Assembly: GCA_048938105.1 (NCBI GenBank) | Contig: JBHLMN010000007.1 | Location: 96,001 to 160,000 of the forward strand | DNA from: Promethearchaeota archaeon | GTDB taxonomy: Archaea; Asgardarchaeota; Heimdallarchaeia; Hodarchaeales; Hodarchaeaceae | Direction: 5' to 3' | Length of the DNA: 64,000 bases | In this document: piece after piece, positions 48,383-58,569 of the stretch | Position numbering within the stretch: position 1 is the first letter of the stretch | Layout: each line of letters opens with the position of its first letter | Made by a program: the position numbers and the translations under genes | The notes under the pieces: generated by a model | What the model saw: the letters and a program-made list of their open reading frames with translations, nothing else | Told to the model about the DNA's origin: nothing | Database searches by the model: none

Positions 48383-49411
48383 TCACAAACAGAATCTGTT
48401 TTTAATTATACGAAGTGCTTTGATATCACCAAATAATAATAATTTAGATCCAGGTTCAATTTTATCTTCGCAATCAGGATTAGCGGTTTTATCGATAGCT
48501 AAAATTGAGACGTTGTATAACTCCTCAAGAGTACCAACTTTCACAGGATCAAATTGGGAATTTAAAAGTAATTCCATTAGATGATATTCAATCTCACCCT
48601 TTTTAGATTTCAGAGTCTGAATGATCCCATCATCAAAACTTGTAGCGATAAAGGCTGGAGCAGCAATCGCAGAAGTACTGATTGCTGCATCTATATCAAA
48701 TAAACCAGTGACTTTTGATGCAAAATCTTGATCAAAAGCACGAATCACAGTTCGTAACCGTGGGTTTAATTCCTTCGCTTTTGTAGCAATCTTAAAATTT
48801 ATCATATCATCATTAGTAACAGCTAACAGAGCTCGAGCTTCAGTGACATTGGCCTGTTTTAAAACTTGATTTTCAGTAGCATTTCCGAATATAACTGCTA
48901 CATTGGAACTTTCCTGCATCTGTTCGACGAATTCAGTTCTTTTTCCATTCTCTTGAATAATGACTGCCGTAGGAATTCCATCTTCAATTAATTCAGTCAG
49001 GATACGAGTTCCAACGTTTCCTAATCCCACCAATATAGTATGTTCCTTCATTGTCTTAGCCATCCATATATTCCAAGCATTCAACCGGTATCTGGCAGTA
49101 AAAGCAACCATACCAACCTCTATAATTCCAATTCCAATGATTATTAATCCTAAGAAGGGATAGACAACGTAAACTAGTTTTAGTATTAGTTCTCCATCGT
49201 GGGGAAAGCTAAAAACTTCCATTGATAATAATAGTGAAATAGAAGCAAGAATTGAATCAATGACATCCCCTGTGAATTTTGGATCAAAAGCTGAACTGTA
49301 AAAAAGTTGGAATATCACAGTACCACAAATAATCGTGGTTAATAGAAGCACTAGAACCCCCTTCAGCTTACTAAAAGCCAAAATAAAGCTGCGTAAAAAG
49401 ATTTTAACCAT
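48383..49411 (-). CDS. 2-TM channel-like protein with TrkA-N/RCK domain
   Basis: HTILVGLGNVG, GNAT....L..ANV, VTNDD..N; no TVGYG filter. Confidence 0.82.
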   Translation of the reverse strand: MVKIFLRSFILAFSKLKGVLVLLLTTIICGTVIFQLFYSSAFDPKFTGDVIDSILASISLLLSMEVFSFPHDGELILKLVYVVYPFLGLIIIGIGIIEVGMVAFTARYRLNAWNIWMAKTMKEHTILVGLGNVGTRILTELIEDGIPTAVIIQENGKRTEFVEQMQESSNVAVIFGNATENQVLKQANVTEARALLAVTNDDMINFKIATKAKELNPRLRTVIRAFDQDFASKVTGLFDIDAAISTSAIAAPAFIATSFDDGIIQTLKSKKGEIEYHLMELLLNSQFDPVKVGTLEELYNVSILAIDKTANPDCEDKIEPGSKLLLFGDIKALRIIKNRFCL

Positions 49412-49532
49412 TTTTATGGTTCCTTTACCGAATCATCTGAACAACAATTTAAAGCAAAAGTGATTTTATTAGATTTGCTGTAATTGAAAGGAATTTGTAC
49501 ACTCTGATTTAGTATGTTATAAGGGATGAGTC

Positions 49533-50369
49533 ATGCGACGTCTAATTGTTGGTGGCAACTGGAAAATGTCAATTACACATGTAGGAGAAGCGGAACGAAT
49601 TGCAAAAAACATCGCGAATGCTCTAGTTAGCATTACTTCTGTGGAAGTATTCATTGCGCCTTCTTTTAATGCATTATACACCATTGGACTGGCACTCGCG
49701 AAAACAAAAATAAAACTCGCAGGCCAAAATATCCATTTTCAAGACAAAGGGGCTTTTACGGGGGAAACATCGATTCTATCTCTTATAGATGCTGGGTGTG
49801 AATATGTTATTTTGGGGCATAGCGAACGACGACGGATATTTGGGGAAACAAATGAGATAATTAACCTGAAAGTTCTAAAAACGATTGAGAAGGGTCTTAA
49901 ACCAGTCTTATGCATCGGAGAAACAGCAAAAGAACGCGCTGAAGACCGTGTAATGGAGGTTAATCAAAGCCAATTAACTGGTAGTCTTAAGAATATTTCA
50001 GAACAACAACTAAAGAATGTGATCATTGCTTATGAGCCAGTATGGGCAATCAACAATAAATTCTTGAATCCAGATGTTGAAATTAAACCTGCAACTCCCC
50101 AACAGGCAAGTGAAGCCCATACAATTGTTCGTGATTGGATTAGAAATCATTATAGTAATGCTGCAGCAGAAAATACACCCATAATTTATGGAGGATCAAT
50201 GAAAGAATCAAATGCTGCAGAATTATTAGCTATTGAGGATATTGATGGTGGTTTAGTAGGTGGAGCATCTTTATCTGCAGAATCTTTTGTACCTATTATT
50301 AGAATCGCAGAAGATCTCTCTGATACTGAATATGTGTGGGAAGGTTCAACTTTGAAGTTTAAAGATTAA
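49533..50369 (+). CDS. tpiA: Triosephosphate isomerase (bacterial/eukaryote type)
   Basis: GNWKM, GAFTGE, GHSERR, AYEPVWAI, YGGS, DGGLVGGASL. Confidence 0.97.
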   Translation: MRRLIVGGNWKMSITHVGEAERIAKNIANALVSITSVEVFIAPSFNALYTIGLALAKTKIKLAGQNIHFQDKGAFTGETSILSLIDAGCEYVILGHSERRRIFGETNEIINLKVLKTIEKGLKPVLCIGETAKERAEDRVMEVNQSQLTGSLKNISEQQLKNVIIAYEPVWAINNKFLNPDVEIKPATPQQASEAHTIVRDWIRNHYSNAAAENTPIIYGGSMKESNAAELLAIEDIDGGLVGGASLSAESFVPIIRIAEDLSDTEYVWEGSTLKFKD

Positions 50370-50558
50370 TACATTCCGAATTTTCTTATACTATAAACAT
50401 TCATGTTAAAGTTAATAGTAATGCAATTCTGACAATCAAAACAATAAGTATTTTACTTCTAAATATGACACTTGTCTTATGTAAATTTTTTATAGTCATG
50501 TATATACTTGCTATTAGCGCGGTTATTTGATATAATTAACCTTCAAGGAGTGTTTATT

Positions 50559-50768
50559 ATGAGTGAAGCAACATATAAGGTCATCCAATTAGTGGGTAGC
50601 AGCCCAAATAGCTGGGAAGAGGCTGTTAAAACCGCTGTTGAAAAAGCTTCTAAAACTCTTCGGGATCTACGGATTGTAACGGTCGATGAACTAGATTGTA
50701 GAGTTGAGGAGGGTAAGATAACAGCATATCGTGCCAGAGTACGTCTTAGTTTCAAAATGGAAGAATAA
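50559..50768 (+). CDS. Dodecin (flavin-binding)
   Basis: YKVIQLVGSSPNSWEEAV..A...A.KTLR...YR.....SF. Confidence 0.92.
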   Translation: MSEATYKVIQLVGSSPNSWEEAVKTAVEKASKTLRDLRIVTVDELDCRVEEGKITAYRARVRLSFKMEE

Positions 50769-50879
50769 AGTCAATATTAACGGTTTTAACACCATTCTCT
50801 TCTTTTTTTCTTTTTAGATTTATTATCCTATTACTTATCAGTAAGTTGCTTACTAAGTATCAAATCATGGAGATTTCTT

Positions 50880-51314
50880 ATGAGTAATAGAAAATACCCA
50901 AAAAGACCTTGGGTTAGTGCTCATGCCATCATTTTCGATCCTAAGAAAAGGATCCTATTAACTAAAAGGGCTGCACCCCCAAAACAGAATTATTGGTTCC
51001 CTCCAGGTGGAGCTATTGATGTGGGAGAAACAGTAGAAGAAGGAGTAAAAAGAGAGATTCTAGAGGAAACTGATATCATTGTTAATAATTTACGATTTAT
51101 TGATTTTATTGATGGTATTACACGCAATACAGAAGGCAAAGTTATTTATCATTTTGTAGTCTTTATGTTCTCCGCTGATTATCTGGAAGGCACAATTAAA
51201 GCCAAAGATGATGCTTTAGAGGTCAAGTGGGTATCAATTCAAGATATTCTATCGGAGAGAGTTTTAGTTCCGAAAGAATTACTATTAATTCTACAAAAAA
51301 TCAATGATCAATAA
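50880..51314 (+). CDS. Nudix hydrolase
   Basis: Nudix box GGAIDVGETVEEGVKREILEET. Confidence 0.93.
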   Translation: MSNRKYPKRPWVSAHAIIFDPKKRILLTKRAAPPKQNYWFPPGGAIDVGETVEEGVKREILEETDIIVNNLRFIDFIDGITRNTEGKVIYHFVVFMFSADYLEGTIKAKDDALEVKWVSIQDILSERVLVPKELLLILQKINDQ

Positions 51315-52111
51315 GTGGCAGTGATTATTTTCTTAATTGCAGCCATATAATCCTCTGGTCCATATAATAGTAGATCATTGTGTCCCGCTCCAGGAATAAT
51401 TAATATCTCTTTATTCTCACTTGCAATGTTCTTATGAAGAGCCACTCCTTCTTCTAAAGGAATGATCATGTCATTTTCTCCATGAATAAATAGTGCAGGG
51501 ATCTTTACTTTTCTAATGATAACCAAAGCAGAAGCTTCTTCCTCCTTATCGGGAGGTAATAACGAAGAAGGAACACTTAAGCGCTTTAGTAAGTTATAAG
51601 TATTGGCAAAACCACTTTCAATTATCAAACAAGCGATTTGTTCTTGGTAATAGCTAGCTATCTCGATAGCTGAAGCACTTCCAAGAGATCTCCCCATCAC
51701 TGAAACTGGTCCAACATAGTCCTTTTCAAAGAGATACTTACGAAAACTCTGGTAAATGATATGAGCGTCTTGAATCATACTAGAAAAAGATGGATTGCCA
51801 TCACTCTGCCCATAACCACGATAGTCGACCACGAAAAAGTTTATTCCCATTTGTTGATATGTTGGTCCAATAAAATCATAATCAGTGGCAATCTCACCGT
51901 TTCCGTGAAAGAATAAAATCGTTGGCGAACGTTTGTACTCATTAGTGCGATAAAAACGTCCCACAATATTGATGTCTTGATCAACTGCGAATGAAAGGGA
52001 GAAAGTGTCTTTAGTTTCTCTAGCATTACCCCGATGCTTTCTAGGATAAAAGATTAACCGAATCACATCGGGATGATCCAGAAATGTCAAATCTCTAGTC
52101 TTTTGTTTCAT
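51308..52111 (-). CDS. Alpha/beta hydrolase (ABHD13/BEM46-like)
   Basis: FFHGNGE, DYRGYG.S.G.P, GRSLG, HGEND, GAGHND. Confidence 0.92.
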   Translation of the reverse strand: MKQKTRDLTFLDHPDVIRLIFYPRKHRGNARETKDTFSLSFAVDQDINIVGRFYRTNEYKRSPTILFFHGNGEIATDYDFIGPTYQQMGINFFVVDYRGYGQSDGNPSFSSMIQDAHIIYQSFRKYLFEKDYVGPVSVMGRSLGSASAIEIASYYQEQIACLIIESGFANTYNLLKRLSVPSSLLPPDKEEEASALVIIRKVKIPALFIHGENDMIIPLEEGVALHKNIASENKEILIIPGAGHNDLLLYGPEDYMAAIKKIITATY

Positions 52112-52140
52112 AATTTATACACCTTTGCAACAAGTTTCAA

Positions 52141-52893
52141 CTAGGTCATTGGTACAAGGATATCGAGAATAATTTTAATAACAACCATTATAGGGACGTA
52201 AACGAAAATAGAAGCAATAAGATCCCAAATATAATGCTCTCCAAGATAAATTACTGAAAAACAGAAAATAGTTGCAAGGGTTAAAAAGAAAAGAATACCT
52301 ATATACCAACCAAGCCAAGGATCGTTTAAAGAGAAAAAGAAACATAAGAGAGCGCCTGCTAACATCATTCCAAAGTGGTTACTCGGTAATCCATTATATA
52401 ATAAACCATTCACATTATCACTTTGCTTAAATTTGAGAAGACGTATTGGCACAACAGGGAGTTCACGGTCAAATTCATTCCACCGAATAGGCACAACTAC
52501 TGGATACAAAAATTGGATAGTCATAGATGTACCCCAAGCTGATAATACCATCACCCCATAACGCCAAGCTTCCTTTCCTTGTAACCCACAAATGAAGATT
52601 TCTATTGCTACTGTAACAGCGAAAACCCAAAACCAAACTTGGATAGCTACGAAATCCAAAACCTTGGTAAGATTCTTATTTGATCTAAGGCGTTTTTGTA
52701 GAAATTGGGTGGGTTTAGGACTCATAAAGACGGCACGACTACGCACTCTATCAGGTGTTTGCCATTTATTAGCACTCAACCAAAAAATTAGCATTACTAT
52801 CATTAAAAGAAGTAAGAATACATTGAAAGGTACTGAAAATGCCTCCTGATAAGCTACGACCACTTCATTCCATATAGCCAAGATTTCACCCAC
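52141..52893 (-). CDS. PAP2/AUR1-like membrane phosphotransferase/phosphatase
   Basis: YPVVVP, NGLPSNH, HYIWD in a multi-TM protein. Confidence 0.75.
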   Translation of the reverse strand: MGEILAIWNEVVVAYQEAFSVPFNVFLLLLMIVMLIFWLSANKWQTPDRVRSRAVFMSPKPTQFLQKRLRSNKNLTKVLDFVAIQVWFWVFAVTVAIEIFICGLQGKEAWRYGVMVLSAWGTSMTIQFLYPVVVPIRWNEFDRELPVVPIRLLKFKQSDNVNGLLYNGLPSNHFGMMLAGALLCFFFSLNDPWLGWYIGILFFLTLATIFCFSVIYLGEHYIWDLIASIFVYVPIMVVIKIILDILVPMT

Positions 52894-53118
52894 TGAAAAT
52901 GTCTAATCTTTGATGTATGGCAAGTGAGAGAAAAATCTATCCAAGTTCTTGTATTTTATGGAAAAAAATCTTTGTTTTTTCCCTGTACATTCTTCCTGTT
53001 TTGATTCGATAGCTAAATTAACCTGATTCTAAGCATCAAAAACGAGTATTATTTTTAGCAATTAATCAAGATTTTCATCTCGAATATTTTTTAAGGAATC
53101 AATGAGAAATATAGATGT

Positions 53119-53766
53119 ATGATCGGATTTCCTAAGAAAATGTATGCTAGCTTATATGTAATATTACTGATTTTCATATCTAACAGTTTTTTAGTTGAAT
53201 CAAGAGCTCAATTTCATATAGAATCTACAGACATCATGACTAAACCACTCATTATACGAATTACGGGCATAAATTGGACTTTAACTTCTCATTCTTCTAA
53301 TAAATACACTTCTGTCGAATTTGTATTGGTATATGAATACGAAAATTATTCTAATGAGAATGTGACCCTAGGTTTTGCAATGATGGGCCCTTATCCTCTT
53401 GAGTCTAAAATTAAACTACAAAACAAATCATTATTCTTTTCAAAACCAAGTGCGATCTGCAGATGCGTTGTAGGTTCAAGAACCTATACTCCTGGTATTC
53501 AAACAAGCAAGGAAAGCTATTCTTCTAACATTAATACTACAGGAATCAATCAACTTCCTATGGGAATATATCGTTTATGGCCCTCTAATCGATCTAATGA
53601 AGTAAATACCTTTGGGGTAGTAATTACTCTCTTAGATGATGGTTCCTTAACTATTGTTTATGAGTATAAAGACAGAGTATTCATAGCCATTGGTTATGCT
53701 TGGATTAATTGTGGACTAGTATGTATTGCTTTTGTTTTAATAAAAAGAAAGTATGATAAAAAATAA
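53119..53766 (+). CDS. Secreted/surface protein with C-terminal TM anchor
   Basis: Signal peptide, several N-x-S/T sequons, C-terminal TM followed by KRKYDKK. Confidence 0.65.
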   Translation: MIGFPKKMYASLYVILLIFISNSFLVESRAQFHIESTDIMTKPLIIRITGINWTLTSHSSNKYTSVEFVLVYEYENYSNENVTLGFAMMGPYPLESKIKLQNKSLFFSKPSAICRCVVGSRTYTPGIQTSKESYSSNINTTGINQLPMGIYRLWPSNRSNEVNTFGVVITLLDDGSLTIVYEYKDRVFIAIGYAWINCGLVCIAFVLIKRKYDKK

Positions 53767-54005
53767 AATTAACTTAAATTTAACTTTATTTGAAGAATCT
53801 AGTTTAATTTTTTTATAGAAGCTTTTATAGTCTTTTATATTACGTTTCATGGGATGAGGTCTGTGATAATCCAAAATGAACACTCACTATTTCTTAAACG
53901 ATGATCTGGTATGAATTTCGTGCTCGAATACCATATGAAAATAGCGTTATTATGTAAATGACGTGACTTTCCTCCCTTTAAAATGCAATATAAAGATAGA
54001 GACCA

Positions 54006-54437
54006 CTATTTCTTCTTCTTATGATTCTTTAATGTTTTCAAAAACCCAGATGCATCTAGGAATGATTGTGCTTTCTCAAAATCAGCCTCATCAACAGCGA
54101 AGGCAATATCAGCGACTTTTCCTGCAAATCGTAAAATATAAAAGGAAAGTAGACGGATATTTTGATCTTCAAACAGCTGAGCAAAGTGTCCAAAAGAACC
54201 AGGTTCATCTAGGATGGATACAACTAAAATATCTTGTGTAGAAAACGGAATTTCAAGTTCTCTTAACGCTTTTATCGTCTTATCTTCGTGGTCAGTAAAT
54301 AAAACCGCAGTACAGACTCCAAAGGCAGTCGTCCCAGCCATTGAAACAATATCGATGTTATATCTGCCAAAAGCTTTGCCAATCTGCGCGAGAACATGAC
54401 TATTTTCTAGATGAATTACAAACTGTTTCAATCTCAA
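54006..54437 (-). CDS. Tandem ACT-domain protein
   Basis: KQFVIHLEN...LA.I...F...NIDI; D.PGSF... Confidence 0.85.
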   Translation of the reverse strand: MRLKQFVIHLENSHVLAQIGKAFGRYNIDIVSMAGTTAFGVCTAVLFTDHEDKTIKALRELEIPFSTQDILVVSILDEPGSFGHFAQLFEDQNIRLLSFYILRFAGKVADIAFAVDEADFEKAQSFLDASGFLKTLKNHKKKK

Positions 54438-54551
54438 AACCCCTAGTAGAGTAATCTACCCTAAGCTTATTTATAAACTTTCACTTCAATTAAAAGAAAT
54501 TATAACTCAATTTTCTGGGAAGATCACATTTATCCTGCTAACAGTGCTTAT

Positions 54552-55295
54552 CTATAAAACCTGAGTCAGTTCTGTAATATTAGAAATAATTTTGTGGAAA
54601 TTGAACTTTGCACCCATATCTTTTTTCGATTTATCTCTAGGAGAGCAAACCCAAAGGGCCTTAATCCCGAATTGTATCGCTCCCTTGATATCTGCGTCAA
54701 TCTCATCGCCTACATGGATAATGTGCTCCTTACTACGATAAGATAAACCTGATATCGCGGCTGCAAATACTTTAGGACTGGGTTTTCTCCAACCCAAATC
54801 TCCTGAGAATATTATCTGATCAAAATAACTAACAATATCAAATTTTCGAAGGACGTCCCAGCCATTCTTCGCCCATGAATGGTTGGATGCTAATACTAAT
54901 GTATAATCATTCTCTTTCAAATAATCTAGAGTCTTTAACATTCCTGGAAATGAATGAATTAAGGGTAAAGCTGAATCAAAGTAATATTCAATGATCTTTG
55001 TAGCTAATGCCGATAACTCTGAAGATAACTCCATGTATTGGCTTAAGACATCAAATAGGATATCATCGTTACGAAACTCCATCTCAGTCTCCTTATTATG
55101 AACTTTTTGTCGAACAGCACTATAATAATCTGTAATTATGTTATCTAATGTAATTTTAGGTATTTTTTGTTGAAGTTCTGGGAATTCAAGTAGAGCTTTT
55201 TCCATATGAGACCAAACATCAAAGGAACTGCGATCAACATACACGAGAGTGTTAAATAGATCCAATGAAACAATATCAAAATCTTTTTGTGACAT
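54552..55295 (-). CDS. HAD-superfamily hydrolase
   Basis: DLFNTL, SN, KP, HVGDEIDADI.GA. Confidence 0.9.
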   Translation of the reverse strand: MSQKDFDIVSLDLFNTLVYVDRSSFDVWSHMEKALLEFPELQQKIPKITLDNIITDYYSAVRQKVHNKETEMEFRNDDILFDVLSQYMELSSELSALATKIIEYYFDSALPLIHSFPGMLKTLDYLKENDYTLVLASNHSWAKNGWDVLRKFDIVSYFDQIIFSGDLGWRKPSPKVFAAAISGLSYRSKEHIIHVGDEIDADIKGAIQFGIKALWVCSPRDKSKKDMGAKFNFHKIISNITELTQVL

Positions 55296-55312
55296 CTGTT
55301 CTAGCTTCCAAA

Positions 55313-56968
55313 TTATGCACGAAAATGACGATATTTCATGTATGTTAAAATCTCATAAAAGTATTTTCCACCAAAAACACCTGATGCTTTCAATCCACCT
55401 AAATGGGGGGTATAATCAGTCATGTGAAGGTGATCGGTGTTGATACATACCCCTGGGGCTTGGATTTCGTCGAAGAAAGGCCCCCATATCTCAGGAAGAT
55501 CAGTATACACTGATGTCCGCAATCCATAAGATGTATTGTTAGCTTGATTAATGGCTTCTTTAAAATTGCGAATTTTCATGATTGGTAACACAGGACCAAA
55601 AGTTTCATGGTACCACATCTTACAGGTAAAGTCTACATTTGTTAAGATAGTTGGCTTATAGAACAACCCAGCCTCATCGTGTTCTCCAGCAAAATTCATT
55701 CGATATCCTCCTGTTTCGACATTAGCACCCTTTTGAAGAGCCTCATCAATCATATCGATGATTTGGTACAATGCTCTCGTTCCAATGACAGGAAGATCAG
55801 TTTTACTGTCTGAAGGTAAGCCTACACGGAGTTTGTCAGCTTTTTCACAAAGAAGTGCTATAAAATCTTCAAAAATGGCTTCATGAAGAAAGAGACGTTT
55901 AACAGCTAAGCAAGTTTGACCAGATCCAAAAAATCGACCATGAATAATATGATCAGCAACCTTGTCAAGGTCAACATCCTTCCAGACCAAACTGGCACCA
56001 CTCCCCGCTAGTTCGGGAACAAAATGCATCCCTCGTCTAACAGCTTTGCTCATTAATTCTAACCCAACATCTGAGTCACCATAGTAAACCATAGCATCGA
56101 GAGGAGACTCACTAACCATATAATTAGCAATTGGTTTACCAGGCCCAATAATGGCTTGGAATGCACTCAAAGGAAAATCCATTTCTTCCATCGTATCGCG
56201 TAACACATAAGCAACAGCCATATTTGTTAAAGGTACCCTAGTAGGTGAACGAATTACAGTTGCATTTCCTGCAAAATACGAAGAATAGATGGCTAAAAGA
56301 CCAAGGCCAATAGCTGCATTATAAGGTGGAAATATCCCGACCGCACCAAAAGGATATCGGTGAAGAATGGTCCTCTCTCCTTTCACTGTACATGGGATCT
56401 CTTTAGAACTAATTCGGGATGTACAGAATTCTACTTCGGCTTTACTTTTTAATGCTTTGAAAACTGTGCTTTGGTATTCAAATAGAGGAAGGGGAGTTCC
56501 CTCTGCTATTGCGATAGATTTGAAATCGTCATAATTTTTCCACATATGTTTAGCCATAACTGCAATACTCTCACCACGTTCTTCCAATGTCAATCCTGCT
56601 CCAGATTTAGCTAAATCCCTGTGCATCAAACCTTTTATTCGAGAGGCTTCCTCTGATGCAATTACTGTTTCTTTTACATTACCTATTGTGAATTCAGCAA
56701 ATTGAATGTCTGCTATTTCTGAAGCAGTAGCTTCAGGCCAACCATGTACTTTAATATGGTCTTTAAGTAACCGCATTTCAGGGCTTTTCTCTGGAAGGAT
56801 TCCCGTGAATCGTCGTGCCATTAAGCGTTGGAATGATCCTTGAGATTTTAACACAGAAGCAAAAAGGATATGAGGAGCTTGAATTACTTTCTCCATATTA
56901 GGAAAAGTTCCTGTTGGAAGCCCTTCTGTTACAATTTCACCTTTGAGTAAATTACCAAATGTTCTCAT
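55313..56968 (-). CDS. Aldehyde dehydrogenase family protein with N-terminal insertion
   Basis: PYN, ELAG, GQTC, ETFGP, YGL. Confidence 0.9.
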   Translation of the reverse strand: MRTFGNLLKGEIVTEGLPTGTFPNMEKVIQAPHILFASVLKSQGSFQRLMARRFTGILPEKSPEMRLLKDHIKVHGWPEATASEIADIQFAEFTIGNVKETVIASEEASRIKGLMHRDLAKSGAGLTLEERGESIAVMAKHMWKNYDDFKSIAIAEGTPLPLFEYQSTVFKALKSKAEVEFCTSRISSKEIPCTVKGERTILHRYPFGAVGIFPPYNAAIGLGLLAIYSSYFAGNATVIRSPTRVPLTNMAVAYVLRDTMEEMDFPLSAFQAIIGPGKPIANYMVSESPLDAMVYYGDSDVGLELMSKAVRRGMHFVPELAGSGASLVWKDVDLDKVADHIIHGRFFGSGQTCLAVKRLFLHEAIFEDFIALLCEKADKLRVGLPSDSKTDLPVIGTRALYQIIDMIDEALQKGANVETGGYRMNFAGEHDEAGLFYKPTILTNVDFTCKMWYHETFGPVLPIMKIRNFKEAINQANNTSYGLRTSVYTDLPEIWGPFFDEIQAPGVCINTDHLHMTDYTPHLGGLKASGVFGGKYFYEILTYMKYRHFRA

Positions 56969-57012
56969 GAATCATCTATCCAACATTGAATTATAAAGAA
57001 AATCCCAATACA

Positions 57013-58569
57013 CTATCTAGAAAATGTTTCTGGTGAAAATTTAAACATTCGTGCGAATTTCATGAGGAGATCCATATCATCAGTGGTGATATTGACTTTA
57101 CCAGCCATCATAGCTTGCATTGCGTCCTGTTTTCCTAACATAATATTCTTCCAAGTCTTAGAGTCTGTTTCAACAGTCATTAGTGCCTGGTCTGTTGTAC
57201 CCTCTTCCACACGACATTGTTGATTCTGAATATATAGTAACCAAGTATCAGCATCAGAAAAGTCGAATTGAATTAAAGCAGTGACACCTTCAGCTCTTTC
57301 AGGACGAAAACCTTTTGGAATTTTCGCCATCATTGTTGAAAAATCAATCTGAACTTCTGGAATTTCCCTTACTTTTCCTCTTTTCTGTTCAACATACACT
57401 TCTCGCTGAATCAGGAACCGCATGATTTCGGAGGTTCCACCACCAATGGTTCCTAAGCGGGCATCGCGATAAAACTTTTCAATACCAGAGTAATCCTTAA
57501 CATATCCCTCTCCTCCCAAGATTTGGATTGCCATATCTGTGACTTTAAGGGCTGCTTCAGTCGCAAACAGTTTAGCCATTGTAGCTTCTTTCGTTGCTGG
57601 TTTTCTTCGTTCTATAATTCTTGCAGCGGTTACAGTCATCAATCTAGCAGCTCGCATAAGCGTCGCCATGTCAGCAATTTTGAATGATATGGCTTCAAAG
57701 CGGGAAATGGGGCGTTCAAATTGAACTCTACTCATAGAGTGCTCAACCGCTATTTCGAAAGGTTTTCTCATACATCCGAGGGACTCCGCTGCAATACCAA
57801 CCCGCTCAGTGTCTAATTCATCCATTAGTATTAAGAATCCTTGGTTCTGCTTTCCTAGTAGGTTTTCAGGAGGGATTTTCATATCTTCAATCTTAAAATG
57901 CGTGTTATGTACTCCACGACGTCCCATTAAATCAAAATCTTTTATGACAGAGAAACCCTCCCATTTTGTTTCAATTATGAATGCAGACATCCCTGACCTA
58001 CTATCTACAGATGGATCTGTAATAGCGAAGGTAACTATTTGATCTGCGATGGATCCATTTGTAATAAACCTTTTTTCACCATTCAATATCCAAACTTGTT
58101 CCTGTTCGTCCCAAATGGCTTTGGTTTCCATACCTGCAGTATCACTACCAACATTAGGTTCAGTAATAGCTAGAGATCCTATTGTCTCTCCTTTTGCCAG
58201 AGGTAATAGGTATTTTTTCTTTTGGTCTTCTGTTCCAAATCGTAAGACAGGAATTGCAGAAAGAGTACAACTTGCACCAAATCCCATAGTAAGAGCTGGG
58301 CTTACAGTCGAGATTTCTTCTCCTGCAATGAGCTGATACATCAAGGATTTCTCCAATCCCCCGTATTTTTGAGGTATCATTATTCCTGTGAAGCCATTCC
58401 TTCCCATTTTACGCATAAGATCGCGCCACATACCTTCTGACATTGGAGCTTCTTTCTCGACCCTCTTAGCAATAGGTACAATTTCTTTCTCTACAAATTC
58501 TCTAGCAACCTCTCGAAATGTAAGTTCATCTTCAGTGTAAAGTAAATCTTCATCATTAATCAAAGTCAT
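57013..58569 (-). CDS. Acyl-CoA dehydrogenase fused to a C-terminal SCP2 lipid-binding domain
   Basis: TEPNVGSD, GEKRFITNG, QILGGEGY, IGGGTSEI; then FRPERAEG...IQFD...DAMQAMMAGKV. Confidence 0.92.
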   Translation of the reverse strand: MTLINDEDLLYTEDELTFREVAREFVEKEIVPIAKRVEKEAPMSEGMWRDLMRKMGRNGFTGIMIPQKYGGLEKSLMYQLIAGEEISTVSPALTMGFGASCTLSAIPVLRFGTEDQKKKYLLPLAKGETIGSLAITEPNVGSDTAGMETKAIWDEQEQVWILNGEKRFITNGSIADQIVTFAITDPSVDSRSGMSAFIIETKWEGFSVIKDFDLMGRRGVHNTHFKIEDMKIPPENLLGKQNQGFLILMDELDTERVGIAAESLGCMRKPFEIAVEHSMSRVQFERPISRFEAISFKIADMATLMRAARLMTVTAARIIERRKPATKEATMAKLFATEAALKVTDMAIQILGGEGYVKDYSGIEKFYRDARLGTIGGGTSEIMRFLIQREVYVEQKRGKVREIPEVQIDFSTMMAKIPKGFRPERAEGVTALIQFDFSDADTWLLYIQNQQCRVEEGTTDQALMTVETDSKTWKNIMLGKQDAMQAMMAGKVNITTDDMDLLMKFARMFKFSPETFSR

